Positions 55,778 through 64,000 of a stretch of 64,000 nucleotides of DNA are shown piece by piece. The translations under genes and the position numbers were made by a program. Under the pieces are notes generated by a model. That model was not told where the DNA came from. It saw nothing but the letters and a program-made list of their open reading frames with translations, and did no database searches. The first letter of the stretch is position 1, and every line of letters begins with the position of its first letter. Origin of the DNA: an uncultured Thermoplasmata archaeon (GTDB lineage Archaea; Thermoplasmatota; Thermoplasmata; UBA10834); NCBI GenBank assembly GCA_964644565.1, contig CAZXWO010000006.1:6469-70468 (forward strand), given 5' to 3'.

Positions 55778-56007
55778 TTGTCGGCCCCCAGGAGGTGCTT
55801 CACGGCGTGGTCGCTGACCTCCTCGGGCTTGAGCGACCGCACGCCCTCGATCTTCACGAACTTGCGCTTGACCTTGTGCCTGCTCCCTATCAGCGCTAGC
55901 GACTTATCCAAGGCGGCCTTCTCGTCTGCCGACGCCACCTCGAGCGCGAAGGGCTGCCACTCGCGCGGGGATATCCGGAATTGTCCCTTGACCTCGAATG
56001 CCTTCAT
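55774..56007 (-). CDS. rplX: 50S ribosomal protein LX (L18Ae/L20A family)
   Basis: MKAFEVKGQFRIS...QPFALEV.A..EK.A......LIGSRHKVKR..V.I. It sits in the conserved LX-pfdA-ftsY arrangement. The longer track ORF to 56409 is Arg/Gly-rich junk. Confidence 0.8.
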   Translation of the reverse strand: MKAFEVKGQFRISPREWQPFALEVASADEKAALDKSLALIGSRHKVKRKFVKIEGVRSLKPEEVSDHAVKHLLGADK

Positions 56008-56115
56008 GCGGACCAGCAGGGGCCCTAGAGAAGGGCCCTCAGATAAACCTTTTGCACTCCTCCCCGCGCCCCCTCTCACAAGGTTCATTACCTGTCCAGT
56101 CGCTGGACTTCTTCC

Positions 56116-56958
56116 GTGCAGCGCGTGTTCGACTGCTACTACCCGGGCAGGGGGTTCCCCTCCGTGTCCACGACCGGCCGTTCGTGCTCCCTCAGCTGCA
56201 AGCACTGCGCCGGCAGGTACCTGGAGGGCATGGTGCCCGCGACCGGGCCCGACGAGCTGCTGTCCTTCGCCCGCGCGCTCGCCGAGTCCGGGGGCAGCGG
56301 CCTCCTGCTGAGCGGCGGCTCGGACCCGGCGGGCCGGGTCCGGCTGGACCGGTTCGTCCCGGCCATCAGGGAGATCAAGGACTCCACTCCTCTGAAGATA
56401 AACGCGCACGTCGGCCTGACCCCGCGCGGGGAGCTGGAGGGTCTGGTCGCGTCCGGCGTCGACACCTTCTCAGTGGACGTGTACGGGGACGACGAGACGG
56501 TCCACGAGGTCCTGGGCGTCCGTGCCGGCGCGCAGGACTACATCGGGGTCGTCAGGGACCTCATCGACCTCGGGGCGGAGGTCGCCCCGCACATCTGCGT
56601 GGGCATCAGGGGCGGCAGGACAGGTCACGAGCACGACGCGGTTAGGGCGGTGGCGCGGCTCGCCCCGAAGACGCTGGTGTTCATATCGTTCATCCCGACG
56701 CGGGGCACCGCGTACGAGTCCTGCCCGGTCCCCAGCGGGGAGGACGTGGTGTCCGTCATCAGGGGTGCAAGGTCTGCGCTCCCCGGCACGCGCCTGCTGC
56801 TCGGCTGCATGCGCTCGAAGCGGGACAGGTCCTGGGAGGTAGACGCCCTCGGGGCGGGCCTGGACGGGATGGTGCTCCCCTCGGACGAGACGGTGAGGGC
56901 GGCGTCCGCCCTGGGTTATGCCATCAGGAAGAAGGGGACCTGCTGCGCCCTCGCGTGA
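56116..56958 (+). CDS. radical SAM protein
   Basis: CxxxCxxC cluster motif CSLSCKHC near the N-terminus, with a TIM-barrel-like remainder. GTG start. Confidence 0.7.
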   Translation: MQRVFDCYYPGRGFPSVSTTGRSCSLSCKHCAGRYLEGMVPATGPDELLSFARALAESGGSGLLLSGGSDPAGRVRLDRFVPAIREIKDSTPLKINAHVGLTPRGELEGLVASGVDTFSVDVYGDDETVHEVLGVRAGAQDYIGVVRDLIDLGAEVAPHICVGIRGGRTGHEHDAVRAVARLAPKTLVFISFIPTRGTAYESCPVPSGEDVVSVIRGARSALPGTRLLLGCMRSKRDRSWEVDALGAGLDGMVLPSDETVRAASALGYAIRKKGTCCALA

Positions 56959-57786
56959 CTACTTGTAGATGGAGGTCTGGCCGTACTTCCTCTCGATCGG
57001 TACGAGGTATGCCACCCACGCGATGTTGGCGACCACGAACGCCAGGGATATGATCGCCACGATCCCGGTGAACGTCTCCGAGGTCTCCCTCACGAGGTCG
57101 AGCGTGACGACGGTCCCGGGAGCGGATATGTCGTTGACGACGACGTGCAGCAGGGTGTGGTCCATGACCGGCACATCGATGGTCAGGCTGCCTGAGAGCT
57201 GGTAGTCGTCCCGGTTGAGCCGGAGGAAGTACATCTCCCCGAGCTTGTCCTTGTATTCCCAGTAGGTATCGTCGTCCACGAGGTAGATCTCGACATCCTC
57301 GGACGCCGACACGCTCAGCTCCGACACCCTCGAAAGGGCGAGCGGGTCCCTCGACCAGAACGAGAAGTCCTTCGCCCCGTCCGTGGTGACGGTCCTCATG
57401 GCGGCGTCCTCGGCCACAGCGAGGATCGGCTGCACCATCAGGACGATGGTGATCACCGCGCCGATGATGGCCAACAGGATGGACCTGTTGATGGAGTTCT
57501 TAGCCATGAGGTGCTTCGCGCTGGAGCTCCTGGCGAACTTGATCTCCATGATCCTGAAGAAGAAGCTCTCCACGCAGATGACCAGGAGCAGGAGCGCCAT
57601 CACCGATGCGAACTGGTCGATGGGCAGGTAGAGGCTCGGTTTCAGAGTGGCGTCGCCGATTACGAAGACGAGCACGAACGCCAGGGCGACCAGCATGATG
57701 GCCTGCACGACGTACAGGGTCATCTTGATGCGTCGCAACCTGCCCAACCTGACGGAGTCCTCCAGCACCTTCTTCGACAGCGGCAT
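56959..57786 (-). CDS. hypothetical polytopic membrane protein with an extracytoplasmic beta-rich domain
   Basis: 275 aa with 3 N-terminal TM helices, an about 110-aa soluble segment and a C-terminal TM. Confidence 0.5.
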   Translation of the reverse strand: MPLSKKVLEDSVRLGRLRRIKMTLYVVQAIMLVALAFVLVFVIGDATLKPSLYLPIDQFASVMALLLLVICVESFFFRIMEIKFARSSSAKHLMAKNSINRSILLAIIGAVITIVLMVQPILAVAEDAAMRTVTTDGAKDFSFWSRDPLALSRVSELSVSASEDVEIYLVDDDTYWEYKDKLGEMYFLRLNRDDYQLSGSLTIDVPVMDHTLLHVVVNDISAPGTVVTLDLVRETSETFTGIVAIISLAFVVANIAWVAYLVPIERKYGQTSIYK

Positions 57787-57827
57787 CGCGGGTTAAGATA
57801 CCCACATCTGAATTAATAGTTTTCTAA

Positions 57828-59057
57828 TTAAATATCAAGCGTAGCCAGCTTTCTGCACACCAGGTGGACCGCCACATACTGCGGGACGGTGTTCCTCCCC
57901 TCGTCCAGCGAGAACGTCCGGTCCCTGAGCCTGACCTCGACGGGCTTGCCGCAGGCGACCGCCACCTCGTCCTCGCCGAAAGCCTCGGGCACCGCGGACA
58001 CGAAGGGGTCGAACCCGTCCAGGTCGTCCCTCTTCATGGGGATGACCTGGAACCCGGTCTTGCCGTGGAGCGAGCTCGGGAGCCGTATCAGCCTCTTTAT
58101 GTCCGAGGTGACCGGCTCGTCCGTCTCCCCCTTCATCCTGCCCTTCACGCGCATGTCGACCAGCCTCAGGAACGCGTCCCCGTGCCTCTTCTGTGAGAAG
58201 ACCTCGAAGGTGTCGTCGGCGCGCATGCGGTCGACCCCCCTCTTCCCGGCGGCGCCCTTGAACAGGTCGGAGTACATCCCCTCTACAGTCCTGGCCCCGG
58301 TCTCCCTCTCCGACCCCGAGAGCGCCTCCGATATCCTCTTGACCGCCTCGCCCTCGTCCAGCGCCTCGAGCTCGGCCAACAGGTCGTCTATGCCCCTCCT
58401 GATCCGCCGGCGCCACCCGCCGTCGCTCAGCTTCGGCATCGCCCTCCGGTACTCCGTGCCGACCCTCTCCTTGAACCGCCTGGTCTCGAAGACGGTCGAC
58501 GGGAACACCCAGTCGATGTCGAGGTCCGTCCCCGTGACGTAGTCCACTATCTCGCGCCTCTCGTGGCTCGACAGCCTCATCACGCGGGGGTCGTTGATGT
58601 GCACGTGGTACCCCCTGCCCCCCGAGAAGGCCACCTTCAGGTTGTCGTCGTCGAAGCCGAGGTCCCCGAGGAGGAACTCGTCTATCAGGCGCACGACCTC
58701 CTCCTTCACCCTCTCGAGCATCTTCTCGTACGGGAGCCCCTTCGTCCCATCCACGTGGTCGGCGTCCAGGTCGAAGATGAGGTCGGCCCCGAGCCACTTC
58801 TTCTCGGCCATCGTGGGGGCGTCCGGCGTCTCGTAGTAGGCGCACGAGTAGTATGCGTGGGAGGGAACCTGCTCGACGAGGTACTTCTTGAGTGACGCCC
58901 TCGTCGGGAAGGACAGGTGCCTCATGACGAAGGTCCTGTCGAAGAACATGAACCCGAACTCCCTCCTCGCGAACCGGTCGGGCATCGAAAGGGGCACCTG
59001 CCGGTAGTGCTTCGCGAACATGCTCATCACGAATCTCGCGGAGGGGTCGGCGGGCAT
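57828..59057 (-). CDS. priS: DNA primase small (catalytic) subunit PriS
   Basis: REFGF, HAYYS, the catalytic LIFDLDADH, and SGGRGYHVH. Confidence 0.9.
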   Translation of the reverse strand: MPADPSARFVMSMFAKHYRQVPLSMPDRFARREFGFMFFDRTFVMRHLSFPTRASLKKYLVEQVPSHAYYSCAYYETPDAPTMAEKKWLGADLIFDLDADHVDGTKGLPYEKMLERVKEEVVRLIDEFLLGDLGFDDDNLKVAFSGGRGYHVHINDPRVMRLSSHERREIVDYVTGTDLDIDWVFPSTVFETRRFKERVGTEYRRAMPKLSDGGWRRRIRRGIDDLLAELEALDEGEAVKRISEALSGSERETGARTVEGMYSDLFKGAAGKRGVDRMRADDTFEVFSQKRHGDAFLRLVDMRVKGRMKGETDEPVTSDIKRLIRLPSSLHGKTGFQVIPMKRDDLDGFDPFVSAVPEAFGEDEVAVACGKPVEVRLRDRTFSLDEGRNTVPQYVAVHLVCRKLATLDI

Positions 59058-59183
59058 GCGCCAGAGTCATCCAACTGACCAGTATATTAACCTCTCATGT
59101 CCCCTAGCGCTGCATGTAACGCCCATTTCAACAACAATAATGAACCCCAAGGGCTATGACTACGCCCAGCCAAGGGAACCGCG

Positions 59184-60059
59184 ATGATCAAGACCTTCAT
59201 CAGGGTGGAGCTGAGCAGCGAGGGTGAATCGCCCAAGGAAGTCGTCGAGCGGATGAGGCAGATAGGCGCGACCCCCGTGGTCGGCGACTTCGACTTCGAG
59301 CTGCACCTGGGGGACGACGAGCGTCTTTTCGACAGGCTCGAGGACATCCACCACGCTCTGAGGGGTTCCAGCGTCAGGTACAGCGTCACCACGAGGACGG
59401 ATGTCGAGGACGCCGGGACGCCGGCCAGGAACCACGTCACCCCGCTCGTGGACCAGAAGGCCACCGAGCTGAAGAGGAAGCTCTACAGGGAGAAGCTGGA
59501 GCGGTGGCGCGAGCTCGGCCTGGACGTGGAGGAGCTCGAGAGGCTCCTGGACGACGACATGGAGCGCTTCAAGCAGGTCAGCAAGGACTTCCTGAGGACC
59601 CACCTCGACAAGCTGTCCGTCGTGAAGGACAAGCACCCCCCGGAGAACCAGGTCGACGGCGAGGTCCTGTCGCTCCTCGACGAGCAGGGCAGGACCCTGC
59701 AGGACATCATGTCGTTGACAGGGTACTCGGAGGAGGCGGTGACCCTCTCCCTCGGCAGGCTGATCTCCGCAGGGAGCACGCAGACCGAGAAGCGCGGCCA
59801 GGCAGAGGTGTACAGGCTGGTCCCGCCGCCGGCCCCGCCGGTGAGGAAGCAGATAAAGGTCCTCGCGGCCCAGTCGGAGGACGAGGCCGAGCAGAGGATC
59901 ATCACCGCGCTGAGGCCCAACGGCTCGACCAGGGGCCAGCTGATAAGGGGGAGCAGGCTCCCCACGGAGCAGGCGACCAAGGCCCTCGCGTCACTCTCGA
60001 AGAAGGGCAGGGTGAGGGTCGTCCGCAGGGGCAAAGAGGCCTTCTTCTACCCGGCGTGA
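59184..60059 (+). CDS. hypothetical protein with an N-terminal alpha/beta module, a coiled coil and two winged-helix-like domains
   Basis: 291-aa GC3-rich ORF. The wHTH-like segments are GRTLQDIMSLTGYSEEAVTLSLGRLISAG and STRGQLIRGSRLPTEQATKALASLSKKGRV. Confidence 0.5.
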   Translation: MIKTFIRVELSSEGESPKEVVERMRQIGATPVVGDFDFELHLGDDERLFDRLEDIHHALRGSSVRYSVTTRTDVEDAGTPARNHVTPLVDQKATELKRKLYREKLERWRELGLDVEELERLLDDDMERFKQVSKDFLRTHLDKLSVVKDKHPPENQVDGEVLSLLDEQGRTLQDIMSLTGYSEEAVTLSLGRLISAGSTQTEKRGQAEVYRLVPPPAPPVRKQIKVLAAQSEDEAEQRIITALRPNGSTRGQLIRGSRLPTEQATKALASLSKKGRVRVVRRGKEAFFYPA

Positions 60060-60141
60060 GGCCGCTGACGGCCACAGGCGCGCCAGCCCCCGAAGGTTTA
60101 TTAGAGAACCACCCGATTGAGCGCGGAGGCCAGGTCGACAG

Positions 60142-61011
60142 ATGATCGCGCTCAGGCTCAAGGACGTCCGTTTCAGGTACCCCGGGATGTCAGACTGGGC
60201 CCTCGACGTGCCCTCCCTCGAGATCGAGCAGGGGGAGTTCGTCACGGTCCTGGGCCCGAACGGCTCGGGCAAGACCACCCTCTCTTTCCTGGCGAACGGG
60301 CTGGTGCCAAAGTCCATCAAGGGGGAATTCGAGGGCACGGTCGAGGTCTTCGGGCACGCAGCATCTGAGTACTCCGTGGCCCAGCTGTCCGCGCTCGTCG
60401 GCATCGTGTTCCAGGAGCCGGAGAGCCAACTCTTCTGCATGAGCGTCGAGGAGGAGGTCGCGTTCGGCCCGGAGAACCTCGCCGTCCCGAGGGAAGAGAT
60501 GGCCCTGCGGGTGGAGGCGGCCCTCGACCTCGTCGGCCTGAAGGGGCTCAACGACAGGTCCCCGTTCACACTGTCAGGGGGCCAGAAGCAACGCCTGGCG
60601 ATTGCGGCCGCTCTCTCGATGAAGCCCTCCATGCTCGTCCTCGACGAGCCGGCCTACGCCCTGGACCCCGTCGGCCGGATCGAGCTGTACTCGATGCTGA
60701 GCGACCTGAAGGCGAAGCACGGCATGACCGTGGTGATCATGGAGCGCGACGCAGAGGACCTCGTGGAGTTCACGGACCGGTTCGTCCTCATGACCGCCGG
60801 CCGGGTGGTGGGGACGGGCCCCCCTTCGGAGATGCTCAGGGACCCGGCGTCCCTCAGGGCGGCCGGTGTCTCGCCCCCGCAGATGGCCGAGGTCGCGTCG
60901 TTGCTCAACTCCCGCAGGAAGGGCGCCCCCTTTTCGTTCCTGACCGTCGAGCAGGCGGTCGCGGAGATCATGGCGAACGCATCCCGTCACTCGAAGAGGG
61001 GTGCCAGATGA
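60142..61011 (+). CDS. ecfA1: ECF transporter ATPase component (EcfA1/CbiO-like)
   Basis: Walker A GPNGSGKTT, signature LSGGQKQR and Walker B LVLDEP. Confidence 0.9.
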   Translation: MIALRLKDVRFRYPGMSDWALDVPSLEIEQGEFVTVLGPNGSGKTTLSFLANGLVPKSIKGEFEGTVEVFGHAASEYSVAQLSALVGIVFQEPESQLFCMSVEEEVAFGPENLAVPREEMALRVEAALDLVGLKGLNDRSPFTLSGGQKQRLAIAAALSMKPSMLVLDEPAYALDPVGRIELYSMLSDLKAKHGMTVVIMERDAEDLVEFTDRFVLMTAGRVVGTGPPSEMLRDPASLRAAGVSPPQMAEVASLLNSRRKGAPFSFLTVEQAVAEIMANASRHSKRGAR

Positions 61012-61859
61012 TCCCCCGCCCTGTCCCGGGAGGCCCGGAGTGCGTGCTCCTCCTCCGAAATGTCAAGTTCACTTACGAGTCCGGGGTGGAGGCCCTCGGA
61101 GGCGTCAACCTCTCGGTGGACAAGGGTGAGTACCTCGCTGTCGTGGGCGGCAACGGCTCCGGAAAAACCACCCTCGCGAAGCACATGAACGGGCTGTTGA
61201 GGCCGAGCAGCGGCGAGGTGCTGGTCCTCGGCTCCCCCTCCGTCGGAAGGACCGTGGCGGAGATCGCGAGGGTGGTGGGGTACGTGTTCCAGAACCCGGA
61301 CCACCAGCTGTTCTGCAGCACGGTGCGGGGGGAGGTCGCGTTCGGCCCGTCCAACCTCGGCCTCGACGAGGGCGAGGTCCGGAGGCGGGCGGACCACGCG
61401 ATCGAGGTCATGGGGCTGTCCGAGGTCGGGGACAGGCCGCCCCTGTCCCTCTCGCTGGGGCTCCGCCGGAGGATCTCCATCGCCTCCGTCATCGCGATGA
61501 GCCCCCAGGTCCTGGTGCTGGACGAGCCGACCACCGGGCTGGACGCGAGGGAGTCGGGCGAGCTGCTGTCCATCGTGCGGTCCCTGAACGAGGACGGGAC
61601 CACGATCATCCTGATCACGCACGAGATGAAACTGGTCGCCGAGCACGCGAACAGGGTGGTGGTGATGTCCGGCGGGAGGATAGTGCTGGACTCTGACACC
61701 CGGGGGGCGTTCTCGGACCTGGGCCTGCTTCGGAGCAGCAAGCTGCTGCCCCCGCCCGTCACCCACCTGGCCCACAAGCTGGGGCCCATGGGCGTGTCGA
61801 AGGACGTGCTGACGCCGGAGGAGCTCGTGTTCGAGCTGACGAGGGGAGGCGACGGATGA
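61008..61859 (+). CDS. ecfA2: ECF transporter ATPase component (EcfA2/CbiO-like)
   Basis: Walker A GGNGSGKTT, a degenerate signature LSLGLRRR and Walker B LVLDEP. It overlaps ecfA1 by 4 nt. Confidence 0.9.
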   Translation: MIPRPVPGGPECVLLLRNVKFTYESGVEALGGVNLSVDKGEYLAVVGGNGSGKTTLAKHMNGLLRPSSGEVLVLGSPSVGRTVAEIARVVGYVFQNPDHQLFCSTVRGEVAFGPSNLGLDEGEVRRRADHAIEVMGLSEVGDRPPLSLSLGLRRRISIASVIAMSPQVLVLDEPTTGLDARESGELLSIVRSLNEDGTTIILITHEMKLVAEHANRVVVMSGGRIVLDSDTRGAFSDLGLLRSSKLLPPPVTHLAHKLGPMGVSKDVLTPEELVFELTRGGDG

Positions 61860-62644
61860 CAGGGTTCATGGACCTCTACGCGGACAAGGGCACCTTCCTC
61901 CACAGGCTGGACCCGCGGGTGAAGATCCTCGCGGTCGTCACGATCAGCGTGCTAGCTTTCATCCTGTCCGAGCTCTGGGCCCTCACCACGCTGCTGGTCT
62001 TCATCCTCCTGCTGATGGCGCTCACGAGGTCGAGCTACAGGAAGGCGTTCTTCGCGCTGAAGTTCGTTGTCAGGTTCATGATCCTCATCACACTGCTCTG
62101 GCCGCTCTTCGACAGGTCGGGGACCCCCGTGCTTTTCTCGATAGGGCCGCTCGACATCACCGAGCCGGCCGTCTGGAGCGGCCTGACCGCGGCGGTCCGG
62201 GTGGGATGCTTCGCCACGGTGTGGTACATCCTCATGTTCACGACCTCCCAGCGCGACCTCGTGCGGGCGTTCGTGAAGATGGGCCTCAGGTTCGACTACG
62301 GCCTCGCCCTCGCCATCTCCTTCAGGTTCATCCCGACCTTCGGCATGACGGTCGAGTCCATCAAGGACGCGCAGAGGGCCAGGGCCCTGGAGCTCGACAG
62401 GGGGTCGTTCTGGCGCCGCTCCAAGAACTACGTCGTCGTCCTCGTCCCCACGATTGTGACGGCGCTCAGGACCGCGCACATGCTCTCCCTCACCCTCCAG
62501 TCCCGCGCATACGGCGCGACGAGGGACCGGACCTACCTCAGGGAGATTCGGATGAGGCGGTCCGACTACGTTGCCGCGGCAGTGGTCGTCCTCATATTGG
62601 CCGTCCCGGCGCTCGCGAAGTACCTCGGCGTCGTCCCCCTGTGA
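61856..62644 (+). CDS. ecfT: ECF transporter transmembrane component EcfT (CbiQ family)
   Basis: LHRLDPRVK N-terminus and a polytopic body. The conserved region is A..I.A.RARALE.. It overlaps ecfA2 by 4 nt. Confidence 0.85.
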   Translation: MTGFMDLYADKGTFLHRLDPRVKILAVVTISVLAFILSELWALTTLLVFILLLMALTRSSYRKAFFALKFVVRFMILITLLWPLFDRSGTPVLFSIGPLDITEPAVWSGLTAAVRVGCFATVWYILMFTTSQRDLVRAFVKMGLRFDYGLALAISFRFIPTFGMTVESIKDAQRARALELDRGSFWRRSKNYVVVLVPTIVTALRTAHMLSLTLQSRAYGATRDRTYLREIRMRRSDYVAAAVVVLILAVPALAKYLGVVPL

Positions 62645-62768
62645 ATTCGTAGCGGAGGTGCCGTGTTCGACACGGCCGCTGGTGAGGTTTAATGTACGTG
62701 CGGGCCATGGGGTTCCGGTTGGCGTGGTCGCGGAAGGACAGAAGGTGGCGGGCCCCGAGCGGCCCACG

Positions 62769-63296
62769 ATGCCTAGCGGCGGCGGCGCCAATTTCGTGTC
62801 GCCCGAGACCGTCGCCCTCTACGGCGTCCTGACGGCGCTCACCGCGGCGATCACGTATGCGACCGTCATCCCGTTCCCGCCCACCAGGGGCTACTTCAAC
62901 CTCGGCGAGGCCATGGTCTTCTTCTCCGCACTCACCTTCGGCTGGAGGGCCGGCGCGATATGCGGCGGCGTCGGCTCGGCGATCGCGGACCTCTTGGCGG
63001 GCTTCGGCATGTTCGCCCCGGTCACGCTGGTCGCCAAGGGCACGGAGGGCCTCGTGGCGGGCGCGATCGGCCGCTTGAACGGGGGGAAGCCGTGGGCCTA
63101 CGCGGTGGGCATAACGTGCGGCGGGGCCTGCATGATAACCACCTACTTCCTCGCCGAGTGGCTGCTGCTCGGGTTCGGCCTCGGCCCGGCCCTCGCTGAG
63201 ATCCCTACGAACGTAGCGCAGGTGGCTATAGGCGGGACGGTGGGCAGCCTGCTGTCGTACTCCGTCAAGCTGGCGATGCCTTCGCTGGGCAAGTAG
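62769..63296 (+). CDS. ECF transporter S (substrate-capture) component, substrate unknown
   Basis: About 175 aa with 5-6 TM helices. It shows the Gly-rich pattern GYFNLGEAMVFFSALTFGWRAGAICGGVGSAIADLLAG typical of the ECF_trnsprt family. An alternative start at GTG 62745 is preceded by GGAAGG. Confidence 0.65.
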   Translation: MPSGGGANFVSPETVALYGVLTALTAAITYATVIPFPPTRGYFNLGEAMVFFSALTFGWRAGAICGGVGSAIADLLAGFGMFAPVTLVAKGTEGLVAGAIGRLNGGKPWAYAVGITCGGACMITTYFLAEWLLLGFGLGPALAEIPTNVAQVAIGGTVGSLLSYSVKLAMPSLGK

Positions 63297-63310
63297 GCTG
63301 CGGGGCGCCC

Positions 63311-64000
63311 TCACTTCTTGATCCTGGCCAGCTCCCTCTCGCCCATCTTGTCGCTGGGCATCAGCCTCTTCATCCCGGCCATCATGTTCATTCCGAAGTT
63401 CATAAGGAACGCGGGCATGGAGATGCCGAACCGGGTGCCGGTCTCGACCATCTTCCCAGGGTTCATTATGTCGTACGGGTCCATGGCCTTCTTTATGCTC
63501 CGGATCAGGTCCGCCCCGTCCTTCCCCCGCACCCTGGCGAGGTTGGCCGCGAAGAATATCCCGAACCCGACCGGCCTGCCGCCGTGCTCGAACGCTATGT
63601 CCCCGAGCTTCTTGCCGAACCCCATGGCCATCGTCGAGCGCCAGAAGTTCTGCTCCTCCGTGAGGTAGTACGGCATGAACATGACGGTGTTGTTGTCCGC
63701 GACGGTGCCGATCGTGGGGGCCTTGAGCTTCATGCCCTTCACCAGCTTGGCCAGGTCCGCGATGGCCTTCTCGAACGAGTCGATGGGCACGAAGACCTCT
63801 CCGGGTATGGCGCCGACGCCCATCTCCCTCACCCGGAACTCGTAGCTCCTCTCGGACCACTCGTGGTCAGCGACCTCCTTCGGCATCTTCGAGCCGCCGT
63901 TGGCGGCGACGATCTCGTCGAGGGCCTTCTCCTCGATGTCCACGGAGCCCTTCGAGCCCGTCAGCGCCATGGTGACCATGCAGCCCACGTCCGGGGCGTG
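63311..64000 (-). CDS. FAD-linked oxidase, C-terminal domain (GlcD / D-lactate dehydrogenase-like); 5' end off the window
   Basis: The C-terminal pattern GGRPVGFGIFFA...KKAMDPYDIMNPGK is typical of FAD-oxidase_C. The frame stays open to the window edge. Confidence 0.7.
   Translation of the reverse strand, partial: HAPDVGCMVTMALTGSKGSVDIEEKALDEIVAANGGSKMPKEVADHEWSERSYEFRVREMGVGAIPGEVFVPIDSFEKAIADLAKLVKGMKLKAPTIGTVADNNTVMFMPYYLTEEQNFWRSTMAMGFGKKLGDIAFEHGGRPVGFGIFFAANLARVRGKDGADLIRSIKKAMDPYDIMNPGKMVETGTRFGISMPAFLMNFGMNMMAGMKRLMPSDKMGERELARIKK

Noticed and set aside
62645-62768. Possible riboswitch upstream of the ECF S-component gene
   Set aside because: I looked for the conserved cores of TPP (CUGAGA ... 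ACCUGAUCUGGAUAAUGCCAGCG-like), preQ1, FMN and cobalamin riboswitches and saw none. The spacer holds only a short hairpin after ecfT (GCCGTG-TTCGA-CACGGC, 62660-62676), a TATA-like GTTTAATG, and a GGGCC-N6-GGCCC hairpin next to the start codon. A covariance-model scan (Rfam/Infernal) would be needed to rule a riboswitch in or out.
1-64000. CRISPR arrays, tRNA/rRNA genes, transposases, integrases and prophage or defence islands
   Set aside because: No direct-repeat/spacer periodicity was seen, and no intergenic region other than the origin exceeds about 200 nt. None of the spacers shows tRNA hallmarks (a GTTCGAATC-like T-arm with an acceptor stem). No ORF shows DDE, tyrosine-recombinase or serine-recombinase patterns. 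A tRNAscan/Infernal run would settle the small RNAs.

Overview
High-GC (roughly 60-65% by eye), densely coding archaeal chromosome segment. I call about 73 protein genes. Reading the intergenic regions by eye, I found no rRNA, tRNA, CRISPR array, transposase or integrase. The archaeal assignment rests on TFB, Gar1, the PolD small subunit, PriS, Orc1/Cdc6, EndA, TiaS, prefoldin alpha, ribosomal protein LX and a complete A1Ao ATP synthase operon in the order H-I-K-E-C-F-A-B-D. The lineage looks euryarchaeal or Thermoplasmata-like, but it cannot be fixed from sequence alone. Most of the window is housekeeping: purine and GMP synthesis, SAH hydrolase, CoA and riboflavin steps, GAPDH, Cdc48, Hsp20, HflX, FtsY and an ECF transporter. 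The less ordinary parts are: (1) a tightly packed V4R / single-domain KaiC-like ATPase / DUF835 operon, with a CYTH protein transcribed divergently (26.8-29.1 kb); (2) a 1155-aa FG-GAP (integrin-alpha-like) protein carrying an archaeal type IV pilin-like class III signal peptide, divergent from a wHTH plus degenerate-P-loop regulator (21.5-26.3 kb); (3) a membrane-anchored wHTH regulator, a secreted Met/Trp/His-repeat mini-protein and a signal peptidase I (44.2-46.4 kb); (4) a probable replication origin next to orc1/cdc6, with two inverted 18-nt ORB-like boxes flanking an AT-rich stretch (47.6-48.0 kb); (5) unannotated small ORFs, including a 43-aa membrane ORF translationally coupled to atpD. 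All family calls come from motif recognition in the translated ORFs. No database searches were run. The many very long Arg/Gly/Pro/His-rich ORFs in the track are antisense artefacts of high GC3 and are rejected.
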